The notes below the pieces were generated by a model that had not been told where the DNA came from, made no database searches, and saw nothing but the letters and a program-made list of their open reading frames with translations. A stretch of 64,000 nt of DNA from the human T2T-CHM13v2.0 reference genome, Homo sapiens, in assembly GCF_009914755.1 (NCBI RefSeq), contig NC_060930.1; one strand, given 5' to 3'. Of the stretch, positions 1 through 12,110 are shown one piece after another. The stretch's first letter is position 1, and every line of letters begins with the position of its first letter. The position numbers and the translations under genes are program-made.

Positions 1-822
1 GGGCTGAAGTCAGGGAGCCAAGTAGTCTAGCTCAGCAGATCCCACCCCCATGGAGCTCAGCAAGCTAAGATCCACTGGCTTGAAATTCTTGCTGCCAGCC
101 CAGTAGTCTGAAGTTGGCCTGGGATGCTCAAGCTTGGGGGTGAGAGGGGCATCCGCCATTACTGAGGCTTGAGTAGGCGGTTTTCCCCTCACAGTGTAAA
201 CAAAGCTACCAGGAAGTTTGAACTGGGCAAAGCCCACCACAGCTTGGCAAAGTCGCTGTAGCCAGACTGCCTCTCTAGATTTCTCCTCTCTGGGCAGAGC
301 CTTTCTGAAAGAAAGGCAACAGACCCAGTCAGAAACTTATACATCAACCTCTCACCTCCCTGGGACAGAGCAACTGGGAGAAGGAGTGGCTGTGGGCACA
401 GCTTTGGAAGACTTAAATGTTCCTGCCTACCAGCTCTGAAGAGTGCAGTGGATCTCCCAGCACAGTGCTCTAACTCTGCTAAGGGACAGACTGCTTCCTC
501 AAGTGGGTCTCTGACCCTGCATACCTACTGATGGGGAGACACCTCCCAGCAGGGGTTTAAAAGACAAGTCATATAGGAGAGCTCCGGCGGGTATCTGGTG
601 GGTGCCCTTCTGCGATGAAGCTTCCAGAGGAAGGAACAGGCAGTAATCTTTGATGTTCTGCAGACTCTGCTGGTGATACTCAGGCAAACAGGGCCAGCCT
701 GACTGTTAGAAGTAAAACTAACAAAAAGGAATAGCATCAACATCAACAAAAAGGATGTCCACACAAAAACTCCATCCGAAGATCACCAACATCAAAGACC
801 AAAGGTAGATAAATCCATGAAG

Positions 823-1827
823 ATGAGGAAAAACTGGTGCAAAAAGGCTGAAAATTCCAAAAACCAGAAGGCCTCTTTTTCCCCAAAGGATCACAACTCC
901 TCACCAGCAAGGGAACAAAACTGGTCGGAAAATGAGTTTGATGAATTGACAGAAGTAGGCTTCAGAAGGTGGATAATAACAAACTCCTCTGAGCTAAAAG
1001 AGCATGTTCTAACCAAATTCAAAGAAGCTAAGAATCTTGAAAAAAGGTTCGAAGAATTGCTAACTAGAATAACCAGTTTAGAGAGAACATAAATGACCTT
1101 CTTGAGCTGAAAAACACAGCACGAGAATTTTGCGAAGCATACACAGGTATCAATAGCCGAATCGATCAAGCAGAAGAAAGGATATCAGAGATTGAAGATC
1201 AACTTAATAAAATAAAGCATGAAGACAAGATTAGAGAAAAAAGAATAAAAAGGAACGAATGAAGCCTCCAAGAAATATGGGACTATGTGAAAGACCAAAC
1301 CTATGTTTGATTGGTGTACTTGAAGGTGATGGGGAAAATAGAACCAAGTTGGAAAACACTTCAGGATATTATCCAGGAGAACATCCCCAACCTAGAAGAC
1401 AGGCCAACATTCAAATTCAGGAAATACAGAGAACACCACAAAGATGCTCCTCGATAAAAGCAACCCCAAGACACGTAATTGTCAGATTCACCAAGGATGA
1501 AATGAAGGAAACAATGTTAAGGGCAGCCAGAGAGAAAGGTCAGGTAACCCACAAAGGGAAGCCCATCAGACTAACAGCAGATCTCCCTGCAGAAACCCGA
1601 CAAGACAGAAGAGACTGGGGGCCAATATTCAACATTCTTAAAGAAAAGGATTTTCAACCCAGAATTTCATATCCAGCCAAACTGAGCTTCATAAGCAAAG
1701 GAGAAATAAAATCCTTTACGGACAAGCAAATGCTGAGAGATGTTATTACCACCAGTCCTTCCTGAAGAAAGGAAATGTGGAAAGGAAAAACTGGTACCAG
1801 CCACTGCAAAAACATACCAAATTGTAA
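823..1827 (+). pseudogene. L1 ORF1p remnant (frameshifted)
   Basis: Track fragments 817-1092 (…DHNSSPAREQNW…ENEFDEL…) and 1259-1765 (…QIQEIQRTPQR…KGKPIRLTADL…RISYPAKLSF…) are ORF1p pieces in different frames. Confidence 0.93.
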
Positions 1828-1890
1828 AGACCATCAACACTATGAAGAAACTGCATCAACTAATGGGCAAAGTAACCAGCTAGCATCATA

Positions 1891-4800
1891 ATCACAGGAT
1901 CAAATTCACATATAACAATATTAAACTTAAGTGTAAATGGGCTAAATGTCCCAATTAAAAAACATAAAGTAGAAAATTGTATAAAGAGTCATGACCCATC
2001 AGTGTGCTGTATTCAGGACACCCATCTCACGTGCAAAGACACACATAGGCTCAAAATAAAGAGATGGAGAAATATTTACCAAGCAAATGGAAAGGAAAAA
2101 AAAAAGAAGGGGTTGCAGTCCTAGTCTCTGATAAAACACACTTAAACCAACAAGTTCAAAAGAGACAAAGAAGGGCATTACAAAATGGTAAAGAGATCAA
2201 TGCAACAAGAAGAGCTAACTATCCTAAATATATATGCACCCAATAAGGAACACCCATATTCATAAAGCAAGTTCTTGGAGACCTACACAGAGACTTAGAC
2301 TCCCACACAATAATAGTGGGAGACTTTAATAGCCTGCTGTCAATATTAGACAGATCAATGAGACAGAAAATTAACAAGCATATTCAGGAGTTGAACTCAG
2401 CTCTAGACCAAGCAGACCTAATAGACATCTACAGAACTCTCCACCGAAAATCAACAGAATATACATTCTTCTCAGCACATCACACTTATTCTAACACTAA
2501 CCACATAATTGGAAGTAAAACACTCCTCAGCAAATGCAAAAGAACAGAAATCAACAAACAGTCTGTCAGAACACAGTGCAATCAAAGTAGAACTCAGGAT
2601 AAGAAACTCACTCAAAACTGCCCAATTACATGAAAATTGAACAACCTGCTCCTGAATGACTACTGGGAAAATAATGAAATTAAGGCAGAAATAAATAAAT
2701 TCTTTGAAACCAATGAGAACAAAGACACAACACAGCAGAATCTCTGGAACACAGATAAAGCAGTGTTTAGATGGAAAATTTATAGCACTAAATGCCCACA
2801 GGAGAAAGTCAGAAAGACCTAAAATCGACACCCGAACATTACAGTTAAAAGAACTAGAGAAGCAACAGCAAACAAATTCAAAATCTAGCAGGAGACAAGA
2901 AATAACTAAGCTCAGAGCAGAACTCAAGGAGATGGAGACATGAAAAACCCTTCAAAAATCAATAAATCCAGGGGCTGGTTTTTTGAAAAGATTAACAAAA
3001 TTGATAGACTGCTAGCCAGACTAATAAAGGAGAAAAGAATGAAGAATCAAATAGAAACAATAAAAAATGATAAAGGGGATATCACCACTGATCCCACAGA
3101 AATACAAACTACCATGAGAGAATACTATAAACACCTTTGTGCAAATAAACTAGAAAATCTAGAAGAAATGGATAAATTCCTGGACACATACACACTCCAA
3201 ATACTAAACCTGGAAGAAGTCAAATCCCTGAATGACCAATAACAAGTTCTGAAATTGAGGCAGTAATTAATAGCCTACCAACCAAAAAAAGCCCAGGACC
3301 AGATGGATTCACAGCCAAATTCTTCCAGAGGTACAAAGAGGAGCTGGTACCGCTCTTTCTGAAACTATTCCAAACAATAGAAAAAGAGGGAATCCCCCCT
3401 AACTCATTTTATGAGGCCAGCATCATCCTGACACCAAAACCTGGCAGAAACACAACAAAAAAAGAAAATTTCAGGCCATTATCCCTGATGAACATTGATG
3501 CAAAAATCCTCAATAAAATACTGGCAAACCGAATCCAGTAGCACATCAAAAAGCTTATCCACAATGATCAAGTCGGCTTTATCCCTGGGATGCAAGGCTG
3601 GTTCAACCTACACCAATCAATAAACATAATCCACCACAGAAACAGAACCAATGACAAAAAACACATGATTATCTCAATAGACGTAGAAAAGACCTTTGAC
3701 AAAATTCAACACCCCTTCATGCCAAAAACTCTCAATAAACTAGGTATCAATGGAAAGTACCTCAAAATAATAAGAGCTATTTATGACAAACCCTCAGCCA
3801 ATATCATATTGAATGGGCAAAAGCTGGAAGCATTTCCTTTGAAAGCCAGCAAAAGACAAGGATGCCCTCTCTCACCACTCCTATTCAACATAGTATTGGA
3901 AGTTCTGGCCAGGGCAATCAGGCAAGCAAAAGAAATAAAAGGGATTTAAATAGGAAGAGAAGAGGCCAATTTGTCTCTGTTTTCAGATAACATGACTGTA
4001 TATTTAGAAAACCCCATCATCTCAGCTCAAAATCTCCTTAAGCTGACAAGCAACTTCAGCAAAGTCTGAGGATACAAAATCAATGTGCAAAAATCACAAG
4101 CAGTCGTATACACTAATAATAGATAGCCAAATCCTGAGTGAGCTCCCATTCACAATTACTGCAAAGAGAATAAAATACCTAGGAATACAATTTACAAGGG
4201 ATGTGAAGGACCTCTTCAAGGAGAACTAAAAACCACTGCTCAAGTAAATAAGAGAGGACACAAACAAATGGAAAAATATTCCATGCTCACGGATAGGAAG
4301 AATCAATATTGTGAAAATGTCCATACTTCCCAAAGTAATTTATAGATTCAATGCTATCCCCATCAATCTACCACTGACTTTCTTCACAGAATTAGAAAAA
4401 ACTATTTTAAATTTCATTTGGCACCAAAAAAGAGCCTGCATGGCCAAGAAAATTCTAAGCAAAAGGAACAAAGCTAGAAGCATCATGCTACCTGACTTCA
4501 AACTATACTACAAGCCTACAGTAACCAAAACAACATGGTACTGGTATCAAAACAGATATATAGACCAATGGAAAAGAACAGAGGCCTCAGAAATAACACT
4601 ACACATCTACAACCATCTGATCTTTGACGAACCTGACACAAACAAGCAACAGGGAAAGGATTCCCTGTTTAATAAATAATAGGAAAACTGGCTAGCAATA
4701 TGCAGAAAACTGAAACTGGACCCCTTCGTTACACCTTATACAAAAATTATCTCAGGATGGATTAAAGACTTAAACGTAAGACCTAAAACCATAAAAACCC

Positions 4801-5699
4801 TGGAAGAAAACCTAGGCAATACCATTCAGGACATAGGCATGGGCAAAGACTTCATATCTAAAACACCAAAAGCCATGGCAACACAACCTAAAATTAACAA
4901 ATAGGATCTGGTTAAACTAAAGAGCTTCTGCACAGCAAAAGAAACTATCATCAGAGTGAACAGGCAAAATACAGAATGGGAGAACAATTTTGCAATCTAT
5001 CCGTCGGACAAAGGGCTAATATCCAGAATCTACAAGGAACTTAAACAAATTTACAATAAAAACAAACAACCCCATCAAAAAGTGGGCAAAGGATATGAAC
5101 AGACACTTCTCAAAAGAAGATATTTATGTAGCCAATAAACATATGAAAGAAAGCTCATCATCACTGGTCATTAGAGAAATGCACATCAAAACCACAATGA
5201 GATACCATCTCATGCCACTTAGAATGGCAATTATTAAAAAGTCAGGAAACAACAGCAGATGCTGGAGAATGTGGAGAAATAGAAACATTTTTACACTGTT
5301 GGTGGGAATGTAAATTAGTTCAACTATTGTGGAAGACAATGTGGCGATTCCTCAAGGATCTAGAACCAGAAATACCATTTGACCCAGCAATCCCATTACT
5401 GGATATGTGCCCAAAGGATTATAAATCATTCTACTATAAAGACACATGAACACACATATTTATTGCAGCACTAATCGCAATAGCAAAGGCTTGGAACCAA
5501 CCCAAATGCCAATCAATAATAGACTGGATAAAGAAAGTGTGGCACATAAATACCATGGAAGACGGTGCAGCCATAAAAAAGGGTGAGTTCATGTCCTTTG
5601 CCGGGATATGGATGAAGCTGGAAACCATCATTTTTCAGCAAACTAAGACAGGAATAGAAAACAAAACACCACATGTTCTCACTCATAAGTGGAAGCTGA
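1891..5699 (+). pseudogene. L1 ORF2p (endonuclease/reverse transcriptase) remnant
   Basis: Start codon reads ATC at 1891. EN motif GDFN at ~2320 and RT motif [19 protein letters not shown] are present. Catalytic FADD reads FSDN at 3980-3991. Many stops and frameshifts. Confidence 0.93.
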
Positions 5700-6494
5700 A
5701 CAACGATAACACATGGACAGAGCAAGGGGAACATCACACACGGGGACTTCTTTTGGGGGGTTGGTGGCTAGGGGAGGGATAGCATTAGGGGAAATACCTA
5801 ATGTAGATGACGGTTTGATGGGTGCAGCAAACCATCATGGCACATGTATACCTATGTAACAAACCTGCACATTCTGTACATGTATCCCAGAACCTGATGT
5901 GTAATTTTAAAAAAAGACGACTTCCTGCAAAAAAAAAAAAGAGAGAGAAAGGATATGTAAAATGTTTTAAAAGGAAAGCCAGTGTTTCTAAAAAAAATCA
6001 AATACTTGAAAGCCTCATCTATGCCCATAAAGTATCTCTTCTCTGCACTGTCCCCTCATAATTTACTCACTTGTGCAAGTTAAAGAATGGAAAGTAGTAG
6101 AATGAGTAGCTCAGAGAGGAGGAGCTGCATGAGAAGATGAACCAGGGAAATCGTGGAATGGGCCTGCCCTCTCTGAGGCTTTTCCCTTGCTGTTTATAAT
6201 GATAGCGGGCATTGCGACTTCTCAAACACTATCTCTGGTGGTAGTACCATAAAAACTTTTTATCAACAGTAAACGTCTGTGGACTCTTGAGTATAGCTGG
6301 CCTTGATAGCTAAACACTGTTTACTTATCATCTTTGCTTGGCCATGGTCATCTCTTTACACTCCAGTTGTCTCTACAAACATATGTTTGATCCTTGTGAA
6401 ATTCATAATGAAAAGTTTGCTTGATCATTAAAAAAATTTTCACAAGTAGTGATTTACCTCTGTTTGGGAAGGCAGTTGTGGCTCAATGTGCTGA

Positions 6495-6800
6495 TATTAT
6501 GCAATCTCCATAATATATTATTAAATGAAAAAAGCAATAGACATAGGAACCTATTGTGTATGCTCTCATATGCATACAATGGGGTATATGTGTATGTATG
6601 TATATATATTTGGATATCTATCTACCTATCTTCTTGGCCACACATAGATTATCTTTTTGAAGGATTCAGGAGAAACTCTTGTTGATCACCTTTGAGTAGG
6701 GCTTAAAGTTCTGGGAATGAGGTTCTTTTTTCCAGCATGCCATTTATTCTAGTTGAGTTTTTGACAGCGTAAGTGAATTATTTTCCCATTAATAAAAAGT
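6495..6800 (+). mobile_element. Ancient L1ME-type 3' end fragment
   Basis: ATCTCCATAATATATTATTAAATGAAAAAAGCA… resembles L1ME 3'UTR; highly diverged, boundaries approximate. Confidence 0.5.
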
Positions 6801-7049
6801 TGGTTAATAATAAAACATGTATTTCATCACTTTAGTTGAGATATTGAATATTTTCTACTTCATCAGAAATTTACATTAGTCTAATTATTTTTAATTATTT
6901 TTAGGTAGCACCACTAATACAATGGGATTTCATAACAAATATTACCCTTTGTTTTGTCACTTTGTAAACCTATAGATATTTTACTTAAAAATATTTACAG
7001 TTATATAATAGAATACTATAGACTATATTTTTTAACATTTATTATGCCT

Positions 7050-7800
7050 TGCTGTATTTTTACCTCTTCTATTCCCCTTTATTTCCCACATCAGCCCCTT
7101 CCAACCTTTCAAAATATCCTCCATGCTCAAAGATTCATGTAAAACACCCATACACATAAAGGTGAAATATTTGGAGTCATTTTAAAAGAGAAGGAACCAT
7201 GCCATGGGCTTTTCTCTGCAACTTGCTTTTCTTGTAGTGTATTATGAAAACCCCTTCAAGTCAATTAATGTATTGTTGACTCTTTTTTTTATAATCTGTG
7301 ATAATATTCCATAGCATGAATATAACACAACTTTATCAACCATTCTTTAGTGGCCATTAAAATCATTATTATATTTAGCCACCACAAACCATGTTGTAAT
7401 AAATATTCTCATCCTAATCTGATAAACTGGTGCTGATATTCCTTAGAATAGGTGTGAAATTGCTGGGCCAAAGGGTAGGCATGCTTTGAATTTAACAGAT
7501 ACCATCAAAGTATATTCTAAAATATGAATAGTAATGCATATTCATACATAGCAGTGACTTTTTCTTGACACATTTACCAGGTATAGCTGTTTTCATTACT
7601 TTAATTTTTTAATTAACACAATATTTAAAAAGTAGGATATTATTATTTTAATTCTTAGTTCCTTGTACTATCGATGAATGAATGTTGATTCATCATTCTA
7701 TTTGCCACATAACTTTTCTCTTCTGTGACTTGTCCATTCATTTCCTTCATCCATTTTCCAATTTGGTTGTTTTACTTTTGTTATTATTTATAGGAGGATG
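7050..7800 (-). mobile_element. Ancient L1M(E) fragment, antisense
   Basis: Antisense L1-like text: ATATTCCATAGCATGAATATAACACAACTTTATCAACCATTC…GTGAAATTGCTGGGCCAAAGGGTAGGCATG…; boundaries approximate. Confidence 0.55.
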
Positions 7801-8606
7801 ATTTTGCCCAATTTTATTGCAAATCACAACACAAAGTAATGAAGTTGAAAATTTGTCAAATAAAGATGAACTCTCAAAAATATCTCAGCAAGTCTATAGA
7901 GTCTATGACTCCAATATTTTCTTTGTTAAAACAGCAGGAATGAAAATGTTAGTGAATTATTATTCTCAAACAGAGGTTAGCTTATTGACATAAAATTTCT
8001 AGATATCTGTAAAATTATTCTAAATTTCTCTTAAACTCCTTATATTTTGTTTAATGCAGTAGTGTCCTACTCCATGACACACTTAATTACAAACTTTACC
8101 CCTATAGAGGCTATTTATTGGGTACAGTGAGCCTATAAGACCAATGTTGCAAAATGGCTCCTCCATAGGCCAAGCCACTCCTCTCCTTTAATGACCTATG
8201 AATCATCAGTTTTTCTAGTGATTTGGAGGATGATACTGGCTTCATGCTTCTTTTGCTTATGAGAGAATATGCTTCTGCCTCTGATCTGTTTATTTTCTTC
8301 TTTAGCACACTTCCAGTTCTGTAGTGAACATATGTAGGCAGATCTAAAGCCAATGGATACCAGAAATGGGCATGAGGAGGCTGTGCATGAATTTTCATGA
8401 GGAACATTGAGAGACTCCTCAGCTATAGACCAGTCTCCAGAGTCTAATTTCAATCACCCTTCAGAGTCTGGGCTCCAAAAATATTCAGCAATTTTTTTTT
8501 CGTATACTTTCCTCCTTCCAACCTTTGCTTAGTTAATTTCTTCCACCTAGAATATTCTTTCTTCACATTTCCATGTGCCTCAATTTTACAAATTTTATAA
8601 GGCCAA

Positions 8607-9095
8607 TGTGGTAGATTATTTCCAAAGATAGCCACCAATAATTCTTCCCACAACCGTATACACATGCTATTTTCCCTCCTTTTGAATATAAACCACTCTT
8701 GTGATTTGCTTTAGCCAATAGAATGTGGCAGGCGTGACACTTTGCCAGGTATAGGTCTAGATTTTACTGAGCCCGCTGCTTCTACTTTCACCTTCTTTGA
8801 AACCAGCAACCATGTAAAGAAGTCTGATCTTCCTCCTAGAGAGAGAGACTCTGGAGGATGAGAGACCATGAAGGGCAACAGAGAAAGACCCAGCCAACCC
8901 AGGTAAGATGCCAGACATGTGAGTAAAGAAATCTTGGATCCTCCAGTTTTAGTCAAACAATCCTAGTAAGCACGACTTGAAGCAGAGACAAGCTACCCCT
9001 ATTTAGCCTTACTGAAATTGCAGAATTTTGAGCAAATTAATGGTGATTGTTGTTAGGCTCTTAAGTTTTAGGCATGATATTCTCATATGGACGTG
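8607..9095 (+). mobile_element. MaLR solo LTR, MLT1G/H-like
   Basis: Starts TGTGGTAGATTATTTCCAAAGATAGCCACC; contains TTTGCTTTAGCCAATAGAATGTGGCAG and AAGATGCCAGACATGTGAGT; ends near TTAAGTTTTAGG. Confidence 0.8.
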
Positions 9096-11169
9096 ATCTG
9101 AACTCTACCCCTCTGTGAAATCCTATGGCATTTTATTTCTCACTTTTTTGTGGTATATCACTTCCTACACTGTGTAGAATAAAATATCTCTCAGACTAAA
9201 TTATGTGTAAAATTCTTGAGAGAAATGTATTATGTCATATTTATCTTGTATTTCCAAGCTAGGGCAATATTTTCTTGTATGGGACTCAACATTTATACAT
9301 GAGTGATTGTGTGTGTGTGTTCATATATGCTATTCACACATACGAACTCTACACAATAAAATTAAGTAGGGATGATTTCCTCCTCACCCAAAGCAATCAA
9401 TGTTTTCTTTAGAAACTAAGGATAATACTGTATCAGCTAGATCAGCCCAAGGTTGATACTGAGGTATTCTTAACAGTATTGGTGTTTTCTTCAAAACAGC
9501 TTGAAATATTGAGATAAAGTTAACCATTAGAATGCATTTGTTTTGGGTTTACCTTCTTGCAGATATATTTTAAAGTCGAGTCACCATCCTAAGTTCCATT
9601 TTCCAGTTTTTTGCATATGCCTTATCATTTTTCTGTGGATTTTTGAAGTGTTTTACGGTGACATAGATACTTTCCACCCCAAAATATGCATTGACAACAC
9701 TGATTACATTGGCTCATATTGGCTCTCAGGAAAGGTTTAGTATACCCAACAGCATGTCATTGGCCTTATGACATAGATAGAGACTTTACGGTAGTGAGGA
9801 AACAAGCAAAATATGGAGCGAACATCAGCAACACGGACACATCCAGCACAAAGTCCCAACTGTAGTGTCTGGGCACCTGCCAGTAATAATGAGTCAAAGA
9901 AAAAAGAGCAGGGGCATAACTTGTGCAATGTGATCAGAGGAGAAATACCCAGAGCCACATAGAATATGGCATTAATTGGGTATGTCAGGTACAAGTGAGG
10001 GGAGAGAAGTGGAAAGCAGATGCAAAGAGTTCACAGGATCCTTTAAGTGAGGGCAGGTCAACTCTGCCTACGTGGGTCCCAGACCCGTATTTTTCATAAA
10101 TGCCAAGGTTTCTAGGTGATGGGATAATTGACAGGCTGCTGTCCTCTTTGGAAAAGGAGTAGGAAGTCAAAAATTCAGCAAGCTAGATTTTTAGAAGTAC
10201 CTCCAAAATAGCAAGTTTTGGCTTCAAACTCCAGGATCCCTCAGCCTTTCTGGCATAGAAGAGGGGAGCAATATTCTTGAGTATCACATATGTAATGATA
10301 GCTACCACTTATTGCTGGCTACTATATCAATCCAATAAGCTAGATCACATATGTGACGTTAATAGACAGTCACCGCTTATTGCTGACTACTATGTCAACC
10401 CAATAAGGTAGATAATATTTTCTAGATAAGGAAACTGAGTTTATGAAAGGGGGAGTCACTAGCCTAGGATTTGAACATAAGTCTACTGGCACAAAGCCCA
10501 GGCTCACCCACAAAAACTCTATCCCTGCCTACCCCACTTTGGAGAGCTACAGTTGCTCCCCAAGATCAGGTTCCAAGGTGTTGAAACAGGAAAGCCTACA
10601 GATAGAGGGGCCTGTCACTAACAGAGTTTTGTTAAGCCTAGGGTAGGAATTGACACCTTCATCAATATGGCACATTTATTCCAGAACAGCTTGAGAGGTA
10701 TCATGCCCAAAACAATGAACTCTGGATTTAAGGGAGGAGGGGCAAAACTGTAACACTGTGGATTCTGAAAACACCTTCCAAAGAAATAGAGTTATTGAAA
10801 AACACACACATGCATACATACATACAAACAAACTGCTTTTTACTTTTGATTAAGATGAGTTCTGCGTAGATAACTAGAAATTATTCTTCATGTTCCAGAG
10901 CAGGAAGAAATTGAAAGAACTTATTCAATTAACACAAAGTTTCCTTGTGTTCATCACACTGTTGATTTTCAAATTCCTTTTTTGGATTTGATTTGAAATC
11001 ATCTGGATGAATGTCTTTAAAATATATATGTTCTTTCTCCAATTGGCATGACATGGCACCCTGAGCCTTCAAAAAGTACTTCAAAAATGAAGTACTCATC
11101 TTGATTTCTTTAGACATATTCCTGCTGCTTTAGGAACCATCTTTATAGTAACTTCTTTTAGTATTTAAA

Positions 11170-11348
11170 AGCTTGAGCTTTGAAATGAGATAACCCTGAG
11201 TTCTAATCATGACTCTGTCACCCACTAGCATTGAGGAAACTCCTTAACTGAGGAGTTTCCAAACCATATCAGTATTATTGGCCCTTTTTAAAATATAGGG
11301 ACATCTGAGAGTTGACGTCCCTATAATTTAAAAGGGGCCAATAATACT
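11170..11348 (+). mobile_element. MIR fragment disrupted by an inverted duplication and interrupted by MSTA
   Basis: GAGCTTTGAAATGAGATAACCCTGAGTTCTAATCATGACTCTGTCACCCACTAGC…AAAAGGGGCCAATAATAC follows the MIR core layout. Confidence 0.6.
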
Positions 11349-11359
11349 GATATGGTTTG
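11260..11359. repeat. Long inverted repeat (43-bp arms, 41/43 identical, 14-nt spacer)
   Basis: 11260-11302 CAAACCATATCAGTATTATTGGCCCTTTTTAAAATATAGGGAC versus the reverse complement of 11317-11359. Confidence 0.97.
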
Positions 11360-11785
11360 AATCTGTGTCCTCACCCAAATCTCACGTAGAAATGTAATCC
11401 CCAATGCTGGAGGTGGGGCCTGGTGGGAGGTGATTGGATCATGGGAGCGGATTTCCCCATTGGTGCTGCTTTCATGATAGTGAGTGAGTTCTCCCGAGAT
11501 CCAGTGGTTTAAAAGTATGTAGCACCTCCCCTCTCTCTATCCTTCTCCTGCTTTGGCTATGTGAAGTACTGGCTCCCCCTTTACCTTCCACCATGATTTT
11601 TTTTTTTTTTTGAGATGGAGCACCATGATTATAAGTTTCCTGAGGCCTCCCCAGAAGCCAAGCAGATGGCCAGCATCATGCTTCCTGTACAGTCTGTGGA
11701 ACCATGAGCCAATTAAACCACTTTTCTTTATAAATTACCCAGTCTCTGGTATTTCTTTATAGCAGTACAAGAATGGACTAATGCA
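11349..11785 (+). mobile_element. MSTA solo LTR (ERVL-MaLR)
   Basis: TGATATGGTTTGAATCTGTGTCC…CCCAGAAGCCAAGCAGATG…GAATGGACTAATGCA; decayed 5-bp TSD AATAC/GACAC. Confidence 0.88.
11599..11620 (-). mobile_element. Extremely 5'-truncated Alu stub (9 nt plus polyA)
   Basis: T-run + GAGATGGAG flanked by TSD CACCATGATT (11589-11598 and 11621-11630). Confidence 0.8.
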
Positions 11786-11879
11786 GACACCGATCTCATA
11801 TACTTGTACTCCCGCCACTCCTACTGCAGTTACCCCTATTACTGCTGCTATTGCTCCAACAAGAACAACCATAGAATGC

Positions 11880-12110
11880 ACTATATAGTCAGTGTTTAGT
11901 ATGTTCTAGGCACTAGATTAATTACTTTATATATACTCTGACTAATGCCCATGCCAACTTTTCAGAGAAGCAGGATATTTATCCCTTCTTTGTGGCTGAA
12001 AAGACTTAAAGACTAAGTATCTTAAGTAATACAATTAGTTACTTCTGAGAAACTGGGAGGAAAATCCAGGTTTATAGGGTTTCAGAATGGGTACAGTTAA
12101 CTAGCAGGCC
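11880..12110 (-). mobile_element. MIR fragment
   Basis: TATGTTCTAGGCACT…GCAGGATATTTTATCCCTTCTTTG…; diverged. Confidence 0.5.

Larger units (their letters stand above)
1..5940 (+). mobile_element. Near full-length LINE-1, L1PA7/L1PA8-like, inactive; 5' end lies upstream of the window
   Basis: 5'UTR (1-~820), ORF1 and ORF2 remnants, 3'UTR ending ...GCAGCAAACCATCATGGCACATGTATACCTATGTAACAAACCTGCACATTCTG..., and A-rich tail 5908-5940. Confidence 0.95.

Noticed and set aside
8110-8470. Overlapping minus ORFs and an acceptor-like TTTATTTTCTTCTTTAG
   Set aside because: No recognisable protein or matching donor; cannot be supported from sequence alone.
10929-11117. 62-aa ATG ORF in unique DNA with small hairpins (AGTACTTCA-aaaa-TGAAGTACT, 11075-11096)
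   Set aside because: No recognisable homology or convincing splice context; ORF length and a 9-bp stem are within chance expectation in AT-rich DNA.
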